A DNA stretch of 18,212 nt. Origin: Candidatus Eiseniibacteriota bacterium (GTDB taxonomy: Bacteria > Eisenbacteria > RBG-16-71-46). The stretch is from contig JANLOX010000416.1 in assembly GCA_031366795.1 (NCBI GenBank), positions 1 through 18,212 on the forward strand, written 5' to 3'. This document shows positions 7,493 through 16,969 of this stretch, in pieces. The translations under genes and the position numbers were made by a program. Numbering within the stretch: position 1 is the first letter of the stretch; each line of letters starts with the position of its first letter. The notes beneath the pieces are model-generated. The model was not told the DNA's origin. It worked only from the letters and a program-made list of their open reading frames with translations, and ran no database searches.

Positions 7493-7738
7493 CAGCCAAG
7501 CCCTCCGTGACTACACGCTAATTTATCCAAACATTTAAGCGCGCATTCTTGGTCCGCCGCAGCTATCATGCCACGCTGGCTTAGCGTCGAATGTCCCCCC
7601 CAACTCCATGTGGCTATGCGTACTCGTGCTTCGTGGTTGGCGAACCGCCGCATCCGGGGGCTGCAGCCTCAGGCGCGTAGACGGAACAACTTACATACCT
7701 GGGTGGTGTAAACTTCAAGACATAACCTCTGGAGAAAT

Positions 7739-9110
7739 TCAGTAGCCACCAGATCTCGACGTGAGACTCCGTAGGCGAGGCACGTTTCCGATTAACCGAA
7801 ACCGAAGTCAAGCTCATGGCGGCTGCGGCGATTGTTGGGCTGAGGAGAACCCCCAAGAGGGGTACAGCACGCCGGCGGCAACCGGCAGACCCAGCATGTT
7901 GTAGATGAGCGCGAAGAATAGATTCTGGCGGATGTTGCCCATCGTGGCGCAACTCAGATGGCGGGCACGAACAATTCCGCGTAGGCCCCTTTTCATGAGC
8001 GTCACCCCGGCGCTCTCCATCGCCACATCCGTCTCCGTGCCCATCGCGATTCCGATCTGTGCCTGGGCCAGCGCCGGTGCGTCGTTGATCCCGTCTCCAG
8101 CCATCGCGCCGACACGTCCCTCGCCGTGTAGGCGCTTCACCACCTCGACCTGCTGATCCGGCAGCACTTCTACGATCACATCATCGATGCCGAGTCGGCG
8201 TGCGACGGCCTCAGCAGCCGTACGGCTGTCGCCGGTGAGCATGACCACGCGCATGCGTTCGCCGTGAGTTGCCGGATGGCCTCCGGGGTCGTTTCCTTGA
8301 TGGGATCCGCCACTCCGACAAGACCAGCGAAAGCGCCGTCAACCACCACGAACATGACGGTCTCGCCCTCTGACCTCATCCGCTCGGCGTCATCGACCGC
8401 AGTCGGCGCAATGCCCAGATCTTCCAAGAGGGCTTGATTTCCAAAAACAACGCCGTGGCCCTCCACCCGGCCCGTGACACCACGCCCAGTTCGGGACTGG
8501 AATTCCTCGACCGGAACGAAGGTCACGCCGCGCTCAAGCGCGCCGGCCACGATGGCACCGGCCAGCGGATGCTCGCTGCCGCGTTCGAGGCTGGCCGTCA
8601 AGCGCAGGAGTCGCGCCTCGTCCCATCCGGCAAGCGGCTTCCCCGCGACGAGTCTGGGTTTGCCTTCGGTGAGCGTGCCGGTCTTGTCGATGACGAGCGT
8701 GTCGGCCGTGCTGAGCGTCTCGAACGCTTCAGCATTTCGGAACAGCACGCCGATCGTTGCTCCCTTCCCGGTCGCGAGCCCGAGCGCGCAAAGGCAAGCG
8801 ACGATGAGCACCGCCACGGCATTGACGAGGCCATGCGTGGCTCCAGCCCGAAGCTGGCCCACCGATGGAGGTGGCGATGGCGGCGAGCACCACGACGGGC
8901 ACGAAGATGCCCGACACCTTGTCCGCGAGCTTCTGGATCGGCGCACGGCTGCGCTGGGCCTCGGCCACCATGCGGACGATTCGCGCTAGGAGCATATCCG
9001 CCCCGGTCTTTTCCGCGCGCACGATGAGCGAGCCTGTTCCGTTCACGGTTGCGCCGACCACCTTGGCCCCTGGCCCCCTTCTCGACGGGAATCGGCTCGC
9101 TAGATGACAC
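7739..9110 (-). pseudogene. copA: Cu(I)-translocating P1B-1 ATPase pseudogene (5'-truncated, multiple frameshifts)
   Basis: Motifs in order across three frames: [33 protein letters not shown](L)[63 protein letters not shown]. Everything upstream of the TGE loop is absent. Confidence 0.93.
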
Positions 9111-9129
9111 CCGATGTCGTGTGAGCGAT

Positions 9130-9504
9130 CTATTGGACTACGAGCTCGCCCGTGAACATGCCCATGCCGCAGGCGAACGCCATCCGTCCACCCGATTGAG
9201 CAGGTAAGGAGACCCGAACGGTCTTGTTCAGCGGCAAGTCGACGGTCTTGTCGATCGCCTTGAAGACGGCCTGCGTGGCGCAGGTGTTCTCCGTCTTCCG
9301 AGTGAGCAGAAGGACGATCGGCACGCCCTTCTTCACTGAAATGGTGGCGGGCACGAACCCCTCCTCCGTGACCGACACCTTCACTTGCTGCGACTTCGGG
9401 TGGTGGCCTGAATGGACCACGCCCTTCGGATGTGCGAACACCGCGCTTGTCACGAACAGATCCACCACGATACTCACCGCCATCGCTTTCGTTCTTAAGC
9501 TCAT
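9130..9504 (-). CDS. Cupredoxin-fold copper-binding protein (CupA-like) with N-terminal signal or anchor, 124 aa
   Basis: [30 protein letters not shown] and C-terminal [18 protein letters not shown] 6 nt before ATG 9504. Confidence 0.9.
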   Translation of the reverse strand: MSLRTKAMAVSIVVDLFVTSAVFAHPKGVVHSGHHPKSQQVKVSVTEEGFVPATISVKKGVPIVLLLTRKTENTCATQAVFKAIDKTVDLPLNKTVRVSLPAQSGGRMAFACGMGMFTGELVVQ

Positions 9505-9553
9505 CACACGCTCCTTGCTTGGGTCTGGAGATCAACATCGCTGACAAGAACGG

Positions 9554-10057
9554 TTACTGCGCGCCCGTAACGGTCTTGATGGTTTTCAAGACTCCATCGA
9601 GCTTCGCGGCCTCCGCCTGCGTACCGCTGAGATTGCCGGCGTCGCCGAGCTCGTCGAGCTTGGTGGCCGAGGCCTTGACCTGCTCCACCATGCCCTTGAG
9701 CTTCGGTGCTACCGCCGGAGTTGCAGCGCCAGCCCTGTCCACCAATGCGACCACGAGGTCTCGGATCCCAAACGCGAGATGGTGAACGTCTTTCAGCTGA
9801 CCATTCTGAATCGCGGCGGACAGCTTACCCTGTTCACCCTGGACCTGTGCCCAGATCTCAGGCACCGTGCCGGCGGGGGTCACGGTAGGACCGCTCTCAT
9901 CGTGCTCTACTGTTCCACTACCCGGGGCGGCCGGAGCCGGCGGCTGCTGTGCCACCGGCGGGGTGGCCGCTTCGTCTTTCTTCTGCGAACAGCCGAACGC
10001 GGAAATCGCTGCGATCAACGCGATAGCCAGAATCCACCGTTGGGTTAAGGTTCTCAT
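9554..10057 (-). CDS. Lipoprotein of unknown function with a predicted helical bundle and VHH motif, 167 aa
   Basis: CAGGAGG SD before ATG 10057; lipobox AFG-C23; Pro/Ala linker followed by amphipathic helices containing DVHHLAFGIRDLV. Confidence 0.85.
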   Translation of the reverse strand: MRTLTQRWILAIALIAAISAFGCSQKKDEAATPPVAQQPPAPAAPGSGTVEHDESGPTVTPAGTVPEIWAQVQGEQGKLSAAIQNGQLKDVHHLAFGIRDLVVALVDRAGAATPAVAPKLKGMVEQVKASATKLDELGDAGNLSGTQAEAAKLDGVLKTIKTVTGAQ

Positions 10058-10313
10058 TTGCGCCTCCTGTGTTGAGAGTGTGCGATGTGACGGCAATCTG
10101 ACGTGGGTACTGCCCACAATTCCTTCGCGTTTCCGACAAGTACTTCTCGGCGAATGGCCGCTCCCATGCCGACGGCCGGTATCAGCGCGAGCACGATGAG
10201 AAGGGGAACAACCTCGTCGACACCCTTCCGCGAAAGGAGGAACATTGACATGAGGATGCCGTGGTGGCGCGCCACGCTCCACTGAGTTTATCGGCCGCGA
10301 CACGATCTCCGGC

Positions 10314-10496
10314 TCACTTGGCCGCGATCGTGCCCCCGAGCATGTGCATGCCGCAGATGTAGTTCAGTGTGTCCGTCACGCCCCCAGGGACTTCGATGCG
10401 TACCGCCTGGTTGAGGGGCAGCGCGAGGCGCTCATTGAGCGCAGGGATCAGAATCTCCTTCGCACTGGTCTGGTCAGTCTGGCGTGTGACGACCAT
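10314..10496 (-). pseudogene. C-terminal half of a second CupA-like cupredoxin
   Basis: VVTRQTDQTSAKEI...LPLNQAVRIEV...YICGMHMLGGTI aligns by eye with the C-terminal half of 9130..9504. The signal peptide and first strands are missing. Confidence 0.8.
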
Positions 10497-10511
10497 GGAT
10501 CTCCCACCCGC

Positions 10512-11417
10512 TTACACGACATGGGCGGGCGCCTGGCCACACTCGGCGGCACCGTCCCCCCGCTCGACCTGAATGGTCGTGTGCTCGATTCCGAAGCGAG
10601 AGTGAAGCTCCCCGCAAATCCGAGCCATGACATCGTCTGTTATGACTCTCTCGGGCACGATCAGATGCACCGTAAGAGCGTGCTCCGTCGTGCTCATTGC
10701 CCAAACGTGGAGATCGTGCACGGCAACCACTCCCGGCAGCTCTTCGAGGTAACGCTGAATCCCCGGAAGGTCCGTGCCCTCCGGAACGGCGTCCATGGCG
10801 AGACGCAGTGATTCCTTCAGCAGGCTCCACGTTCCGAGCACGATGACTGCTCCGACGCCCAGGCTGACGACCGGGTCGAGCCATGACTTCCCAGTGAATA
10901 GGATCGCGATGCCGGCGAGTACGACGCCCAGCGACACCACCGCGTCCGATAGCATGTGCTGAAATGCGCCGCGGATATTGATGTCGTGGTCTCTCCCCGA
11001 CATGAATAGCAGCGCCGCCAGACCGTTGACCACAATGCCAATCGCCGCCACCACCATCACGGTCTGGCCTGCGACTGCGTGCGGGTGGCGAAGCCGTTGA
11101 AGCGCCTCCCACGAGATCCCACCCACTGCGACGAGTAACAGGATCGCGTTGCCGAGCGACGCAAGGATCGAGGCGCGCCTCATTCCATAGGTGTGCCGGG
11201 CGGTGGGTGGCCTTTGCCCAAGGATGAGAGCACCCCACGATAGACCCAGGCCCAGGACATCTCCCGTGTTGTGCCCTGCATCAGATAGCAGGGCGAGCGA
11301 GTGCGCGCGCAACCCATACACGACCTCCACGACAACAAACAGGAGGTTTAGACCGATTCCGATCGCGAATGATCTCGAGGTCGCGGGGGCTGTGTGGCTA
11401 TGGCCGTGTGCGTGCAT
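10512..11417 (-). CDS. czcD: Cation diffusion facilitator transporter (CzcD/ZitB type), 301 aa
   Basis: His-rich N-terminus, SLALLSDAGHNTGD (HxxxD), NIRGAFQHMLSD (HxxxD), VHDLHVW, HTTIQVE; GAGG SD. Confidence 0.93.
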   Translation of the reverse strand: MHAHGHSHTAPATSRSFAIGIGLNLLFVVVEVVYGLRAHSLALLSDAGHNTGDVLGLGLSWGALILGQRPPTARHTYGMRRASILASLGNAILLLVAVGGISWEALQRLRHPHAVAGQTVMVVAAIGIVVNGLAALLFMSGRDHDINIRGAFQHMLSDAVVSLGVVLAGIAILFTGKSWLDPVVSLGVGAVIVLGTWSLLKESLRLAMDAVPEGTDLPGIQRYLEELPGVVAVHDLHVWAMSTTEHALTVHLIVPERVITDDVMARICGELHSRFGIEHTTIQVERGDGAAECGQAPAHVV

Positions 11418-11444
11418 GTCGCTTCCTCACGATGCGAGTGCGGG

Positions 11445-14400
11445 TCACTCGGTAACGCTCTCAATCCGCGAAGGAGTGGCCGTTCGGTGAACTAGCCGGT
11501 AGAAGGCAGGCAGAACGACAAGCGTCAGGAGCGTAGACGATACGATTCCGCCGATCACCACCGTCGCGAGCGGCCGTTGTACTTCCGCCCCAGTTCCCGT
11601 GGCGAACGCCATGGGGACAAATCCAAACGAAGCGACCAGCGCGGTCATGAGAATCGGCCGCAGCCGTCGCGTGCAGCCATCCAGGATGGCGAGATCGACG
11701 TCCAGCCCATCCGCGACCCGTTGCCGGACAAAGGACAGTAAAACGAGGCCATTGAGGACGGCCACGCCCGAGAGCGCAATGAAGCCGATTCCTGCGGTGA
11801 TCGAGAACGGCATGTGGCGCCCCGCCAGCGCGAGCACGCCCCCGGTCAGTGCCAGCGGGACGCCACTGAACACCACGAGCGCGTCGCGCAGTGAGCCGAA
11901 GGCGAGAACGAGGAACAAGAGAACCAGCGCGAGCGCCATCGGCACGACGATCGCGAGCCGGTTGCGAGCAGTCACCAGATTCTCGAACTGGCCACCCCAA
12001 CCCAGCCAGTAGCCAGCGGGGATCGGGACCTTCGCGTCGACCACCCGCCGGACATCGGCAACAAATGAAGCAAGGTCGCGACCCCGGACATTGGCCTGCA
12101 CCACGACGCGCCGCTTGCCGTTCTCGCGGCTGACCTGGTTCGGCCCTTCCTCGAGCCGGATGTGGGCGACGGCGCTCAAGGGCACGAACTCAATGCGTGA
12201 TTCAGCGAGTGCCCCGGAGCCGTCATGGCCATGGCCCGCGATCGGAATCGGCAACTGTTCGAGTGCCGCCACATCGCGCCTCGATTGCTCAGGCAAGCGG
12301 ACGACGATAGGAAAACGCCGGTCGCCCGTGAACAACTCCCCCGCCTGCGTGCCACTGAGGGCCGTTCGCACAACGTTCTGAACGTCCGCGAGATTGAGTC
12401 CGTAGCGAGCCACCGCACGGCGGTCGATGTCGATTGCGAGTGTCGGAAGCCCAGTCACCTGCTCGACCTTGACATCGGTTGCGCCCGGCACGGCTCGCAC
12501 GATGCGCGCGATGCGATTCGCAGCGGTCAGCATCGTGTCGAGGTCATCCCCGAACACCTTGATCGCGAGATCGCTTCGCACCCCGGCGATCAGCTCGTTG
12601 AAGCGCATCTGGATGGGCTGAGTGAACTCGTACGCGTTCCCCGGGAGCACCGAGAGCCGCCGCTCCATCTCCTCCACCAGTTCGGCCTTCGGTCGCTTGG
12701 GATCCGGCCATTGCCGGCGGGGCTTCATGATCACGTAGGTATCGCCAGTGCTGATGGGCATGGGGTCGTTCGCGACCTCGGCGGTCCCCAGGCGCGCGAA
12801 GACTTCTCGCACCTCAGGCATGGCGGCGATCACGGCTTCGACTCGGTGTTGCATGATCACGGCCTGATCCACACTGATGCCGGGCATGCGTACGGGTTGG
12901 ATGAGGACATCCTGCTCATCGAGCGTCGGCACGAATTCGCCACCGAGACGCGTGGCGAGGATTGCGCACAGCACCAGCAGCACAGCGGTGCCTGCCAGCA
13001 CCGACGTTCGGTGAGCCAGCGACCACCGCAGCACCGGCACGTAGACATGGCGGACGCGACGCACGACCGGGCTCTCCGTTTCGGCGAGCCGTCCGCGGAG
13101 CAGCAGCGCGGCCATGGCCGGCACGAACGTGAATGCGAGCAACAGCGCCCCGGTAAGCGCCAGCAGCACCACCTCGGCGAGCGGGCGGAACATTTTCCCC
13201 TCGACCCCGGTGAGCGTAAGGATCGGGAGGTAGACGACGAGGATGATGGCGGTACCGAACAAGGTCGGCCGGGCCACCTCCTGCGCGCTGGAGTAGCTGT
13301 GGGCAAGTCGCTCAGGGAGGGTGAGCACGCGGCCCACTTCCTGTTGGTGCTGGCTCAGTCGACGCAGGATGTTCTCGACCATCACCACCGCACCGTCGAC
13401 GATGATGCCGAAGTCGATCGCTCCGAGGCTGAGCAGGTTGGCGCTCACGTGGCCTTGCACCATTCCCGTCACCGCGAACAGCATCGAGAGTGGGATCACC
13501 AACGCCACGATAAGGGCGCCCACCCAGTTCCCGAGCAGCGCGAACAGCACGGCGATTACGAGGATCGCGCCCTCGAGCAGATTCTTGCGCACCGTCTCAA
13601 GCGTGGCGTCGACGAGTCGTGTCCGATCGTAGACGGGCCTCGCCACGATCCCGGGCGGTAGCGAGCGGTTGACCACACTCAGGCGTTCGCCGACCCGTTT
13701 CGCAACGGCGCGGCTGTTCTCGCCGAACAACATGATGGCCGTGCCGATGACCGTCTCGGATCCGCGGCTGGTCGCCGCACCGGTGCGCAGTTCCTGGCCC
13801 AGTCCGACCGTGGCAACATCGCCAACATGGATCGGCACGCCGCTTCGAGTCGCGACGACGACCTGCTCGATGTCGTCTGGCGACGACAGTCGCCCATCGG
13901 TATGAACGAGGTACTGCTCGCCCTTGTGGGGCAGGAACCCTGCGCCGACAGCCTGGTTGTTGAGTTCCACAGCAAGCAGCACATCGCCCAGTGTCAGGCC
14001 GTAAGCCCGCAACCGAGCGGGATCGGGCTGTACGTCGTACTGCTTCCTATACCCGCCGATGCTGTTGACCTCGGTTACACCGGGCACGGTCCGGATCTGC
14101 GGCTTGATGATCCAGTCTTGGATCTCGCGAAGGTCAGTGACGGTGTAGGTTGTGCCGTCAACCTTGCGGGCATCGGGCCGCGCTTCGACCTCCCAGTGGA
14201 AGATCTCGCCGAGCCCGGTCGCGATCGGACCCATCTTGGGCTCGGCAATGCCGCGCGGAAGGCTCTCCCGCGCGTCTTGCAGACGTTCATTCACGAGTTG
14301 CCGTGCAAAATAGATGTTGGTGCCGTCGTGGAACACCACCGTCACCTGTGAGAGTCCGTAGCGCGACAGCGATCGAGTTTCCGCGAGGCCGGGCAGGCCC

Positions 14401-14657
14401 GCCATCGCGGTTTCGATCGGATACGTGACCTGTCGCTCAATTTCGAGCGGCGGCAAGCCCTCGACGATCGTGTTGACCTGAACCTGCACATTGGTGATGT
14501 CCGGCACGGCGTCGATGGGAAGACGACGGAGACTGAACAGTCCAAGTGCCGCCACAGCCGCAGTCGCGGCCATCACCGCCCAGCGATGGACGACCGAGAA
14601 GCGGAGTGTCCGTTCGAGAAATGTGCGGGCTTCCGGCAAGCGGGTGTCAGTCCTCAT
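11445..14657 (-). CDS. czcA: CusA/CzcA-family heavy-metal efflux RND permease, CzcA-type, 1070 aa
   Basis: LPIDAVPDITNVQVQVNT, TM4 AIDFGIIVDGAVVMVEN (DFG...DG...E pattern of the divalent-cation pumps), RLRPILMTA, GAEVQRPLATVVIGG. Confidence 0.95.
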   Translation of the reverse strand: MRTDTRLPEARTFLERTLRFSVVHRWAVMAATAAVAALGLFSLRRLPIDAVPDITNVQVQVNTIVEGLPPLEIERQVTYPIETAMAGLPGLAETRSLSRYGLSQVTVVFHDGTNIYFARQLVNERLQDARESLPRGIAEPKMGPIATGLGEIFHWEVEARPDARKVDGTTYTVTDLREIQDWIIKPQIRTVPGVTEVNSIGGYRKQYDVQPDPARLRAYGLTLGDVLLAVELNNQAVGAGFLPHKGEQYLVHTDGRLSSPDDIEQVVVATRSGVPIHVGDVATVGLGQELRTGAATSRGSETVIGTAIMLFGENSRAVAKRVGERLSVVNRSLPPGIVARPVYDRTRLVDATLETVRKNLLEGAILVIAVLFALLGNWVGALIVALVIPLSMLFAVTGMVQGHVSANLLSLGAIDFGIIVDGAVVMVENILRRLSQHQQEVGRVLTLPERLAHSYSSAQEVARPTLFGTAIILVVYLPILTLTGVEGKMFRPLAEVVLLALTGALLLAFTFVPAMAALLLRGRLAETESPVVRRVRHVYVPVLRWSLAHRTSVLAGTAVLLVLCAILATRLGGEFVPTLDEQDVLIQPVRMPGISVDQAVIMQHRVEAVIAAMPEVREVFARLGTAEVANDPMPISTGDTYVIMKPRRQWPDPKRPKAELVEEMERRLSVLPGNAYEFTQPIQMRFNELIAGVRSDLAIKVFGDDLDTMLTAANRIARIVRAVPGATDVKVEQVTGLPTLAIDIDRRAVARYGLNLADVQNVVRTALSGTQAGELFTGDRRFPIVVRLPEQSRRDVAALEQLPIPIAGHGHDGSGALAESRIEFVPLSAVAHIRLEEGPNQVSRENGKRRVVVQANVRGRDLASFVADVRRVVDAKVPIPAGYWLGWGGQFENLVTARNRLAIVVPMALALVLLFLVLAFGSLRDALVVFSGVPLALTGGVLALAGRHMPFSITAGIGFIALSGVAVLNGLVLLSFVRQRVADGLDVDLAILDGCTRRLRPILMTALVASFGFVPMAFATGTGAEVQRPLATVVIGGIVSSTLLTLVVLPAFYRLVHRTATPSRIESVTE

Positions 14658-15600
14658 CGCCGCCCGCTTTCTTTTCGAGCTCCGCCTTCAGCCAGAAGGC
14701 ATTCCGCGTAACGATGCGCGCGCCGCGTTCGAGTCCCGAAACAATCTCCGTCGTCGTTCCGTCGCTTCGGCCCAGCGTGACGGGTTGGACCTCGAACCCG
14801 GACGAGTCGGCGCGGAACACGGCGGAGCCCGTGCCGACGCGGACAATTGCGTCCTCGGGTACGGCAACCGGCACCGTGACGCGTTCGATCACGACCACTG
14901 CGGTCACGAGCCGTCCGGGCTGCCAGCGGCCATCGGGATTCGGAAGCACGACGCGCGCGTAGGTGGTGCGCGTATCCACGTCGAGCAGCGGCCCGACGTA
15001 GCTGATCGTGCCGGTCGCCGAGATCGCGGGCCCACCATCCGTCCGCACAAGGACGCGTTGGCCCCGGTGAATCCTGCCCAGGTGCTGCACATAGATTGGG
15101 AAGTCGAGCCACACGCTCGACAGGTCCGCGACCGTGTAAAGGACCGACGCAGGGTCTACTGCTGCTCCCGGGCTCGTTGGGCGAGCGACGATCGTTCCAC
15201 TCATCGGCGCGGAAACGATGTAGCCACTGAGGCTCTCGTTGCTCAGGATCTCGGCCAGTGGCTGGCCACGCGAGACGCGGCTGCCGAGCGCCGCGTTCAA
15301 TGTCGTCACGCGGCCTGGATAGGTTGGACGCACATCGACGCTGCGCTCGGCGTTTAACTTGATTTCGCCCGGCAACTCCAGCGTGACGTCGATCGGCTGC
15401 TCCCCCGACTTGCCGATGGTGATCCCGGCGCTGTCGACCGCCTCGGGTGACAGCGAGATGATTGCTCCGCCATGTGCTCCCATGCGCGGCGAAGCCTCGG
15501 GCTCTGCGACCTCGGCCGCCTGCTTCGCGCAGCCGGAAACGGCCAGTGCCAACGCGAACAGGACGGCTGTCACCAGAGTGGTTCGTTGTGGGCGGTTCAT
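14647..15600 (-). CDS. czcB: RND periplasmic adaptor (MFP), short CzcB-like lipoprotein, 317 aa
   Basis: GGAGG SD and ATGA overlap with the czcC stop; lipobox VSG-C; lipoyl halves, VADLSSVWL, G.ISYVGP.LD..TRT, AVPEDAI, EIVSGL. Confidence 0.92.
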   Translation of the reverse strand: MNRPQRTTLVTAVLFALALAVSGCAKQAAEVAEPEASPRMGAHGGAIISLSPEAVDSAGITIGKSGEQPIDVTLELPGEIKLNAERSVDVRPTYPGRVTTLNAALGSRVSRGQPLAEILSNESLSGYIVSAPMSGTIVARPTSPGAAVDPASVLYTVADLSSVWLDFPIYVQHLGRIHRGQRVLVRTDGGPAISATGTISYVGPLLDVDTRTTYARVVLPNPDGRWQPGRLVTAVVVIERVTVPVAVPEDAIVRVGTGSAVFRADSSGFEVQPVTLGRSDGTTTEIVSGLERGARIVTRNAFWLKAELEKKAGGDED

Positions 15601-16886
15601 CGCCCCTCCTTGGGGGTGAGAAGCCCAATGCCCGCCAGCAGCTCGAGCCGCAGTTGTGCTCGCAAGAGATCGGCCTGTGCATCGATGATGGCGAGCTCGG
15701 TTTCGAGCAGATTGGATTGTTCGGTAACGAGATCGGCGTAATTCGACCGACCGGTTCGATAGCCACGCAGCAATTCGTCGACGATCTGCGCCCGGGCAGG
15801 TAGGGCGCGAAGACGGAGGGTGTCGTAGCGAGCAGCGGCGGCCTTGACGCGCTCTGTTGCGGCGGCGAAGGCTACCTGTAGTTGCTGCTCCGTCGCCCGT
15901 CGTTCGGCGGTAGCCGCATCGAGATCGCGATGCGCCGCAGTGACACCGCCGTTCCCTCGGTTCCAGAGGGGAAGCGGCACTTCCGCTCCAATCAGGAATC
16001 CGGTGCCCGATACTTCTTCGAGGTGGCGCACGCCGCCCGACAACGTGAGGTCGGGCCTGCGAGCTGCTGCCGCCGCATGCACGCGGGCGGATGCGAGTGC
16101 TTCGGCAGCCGAGGCCCGAGTGAGCTCGGGGTGTTCCGAAAGCCGAGGCTGCGATCCCGCGGTGTCGCTGGGCACCACCTGATCCGACGTGACCAGGGAG
16201 TCGAACGTGGCAGTCACAGAGCCCCAGCCCAGCGCGAGCTCCTGCCGAGCGACAGTCAACTCCGACTCGGCGCGCTGCCGCTCCACCGCCTGCGTCGTCG
16301 CTCGACTCTCCGCACGGAGGATGTCCAGGCGTGGTGACGCGCCGGCCTGGAATCGCTCGGTCGCCGCATGGATGGCTTGCGCGGTGAGCGCTTCGCCTTC
16401 CTGCAGTCGTCCGAGTCGAGCCTGAAGCGACCACGCTGCAATGAATCGGTCGGCAGCCAGCGCCAAGCCTTCGCGCTCTACAGTGTTCGCCTCCGCACTC
16501 GCGAGCCTGGACTCCGCTTCGGCAGTGCCCGCGCGGGCGCTTCGGTCGCCTCCGATCTCGAGCACCTGGCTGATGGCCATCGTGGCCTCTCGACGGCTTC
16601 CTCCGAATTGCCCGCCAAAGTTCTCCTCCGTGGCGTTCAAGGTCGGATTCGGGCGACGGCCCGCGTCCGCGATCCGTGCGCGCGCCGCCTGAGCCCGCAG
16701 CCGGGCCGCCTGCAAGGTCGGCGCGTATCGGCTCGTGAGCCCGAGCGCTCGCTCCAGGGTCAGCGGACCGGTAACGGCAGCGATACTGTCCGGCAGAATC
16801 GGTGCTGCGATCGCCGTGGCCTGCAAAGACGTACTGGCCACAAGAATGACCGCGCAACGGCAGCCGGCTCTCGTGAGTGAGAGCAC
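15597..16886 (-). CDS. czcC: TolC-family outer-membrane factor (CzcC-like), 429 aa
   Basis: AAGGAG SD before the GTG; signal peptide; LTLERAL, PNPTL, two OEP repeats, PLPLWNRG, Y..G..NY.DL. Confidence 0.92.
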   Translation of the reverse strand: MLSLTRAGCRCAVILVASTSLQATAIAAPILPDSIAAVTGPLTLERALGLTSRYAPTLQAARLRAQAARARIADAGRRPNPTLNATEENFGGQFGGSRREATMAISQVLEIGGDRSARAGTAEAESRLASAEANTVEREGLALAADRFIAAWSLQARLGRLQEGEALTAQAIHAATERFQAGASPRLDILRAESRATTQAVERQRAESELTVARQELALGWGSVTATFDSLVTSDQVVPSDTAGSQPRLSEHPELTRASAAEALASARVHAAAAARRPDLTLSGGVRHLEEVSGTGFLIGAEVPLPLWNRGNGGVTAAHRDLDAATAERRATEQQLQVAFAAATERVKAAAARYDTLRLRALPARAQIVDELLRGYRTGRSNYADLVTEQSNLLETELAIIDAQADLLRAQLRLELLAGIGLLTPKEGR

Positions 16887-16891
16887 GGAAA

Positions 16892-16969
16892 GATCTCCTT
16901 TGAGCTGGGGGGCTGATCATGGGCACACGGGTCCGTGCGCCGGCTCAGATCCGGGCAGCTCGAGAGATC
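16892..16969 (-). promoter_or_regulatory. Predicted mRNA hairpin pairing the upstream-ORF stop region with the czcC Shine-Dalgarno sequence
   Basis: Inverted repeat arms (plus-strand text): GATCTC 16892-16897 with GAGATC 16964-16969, and GAGCTG 16902-16907 with CAGCTC 16956-16961; inner 7-bp stem at 16923-16940. Confidence 0.6.

Noticed and set aside
10054..10275. 73-aa ORF with a hydrophobic stretch
   Set aside because: No SD and no recognisable family. It may be a signal-peptide remnant, but I cannot support it as a CDS.
10233..10285. Plus-strand AAGGAGG followed by an 11-codon ORF (MRMPWWRATLH) containing the palindrome GTGGCGCGCCAC
   Set aside because: Antisense to the operon with no visible promoter; compatible with chance in GC-rich DNA.
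12225..13661. 478-aa plus-strand ORF and other long antisense ORFs
   Set aside because: Mirror frames of GC-rich genes, with no recognisable motifs or SD.
15601..16926. N-terminal extension making a 759-aa adaptor ORF
   Set aside because: Arg/Gly-rich alternative frame of czcC. The real start is ATG 15600, supported by the SD, lipobox and ATGA coupling.
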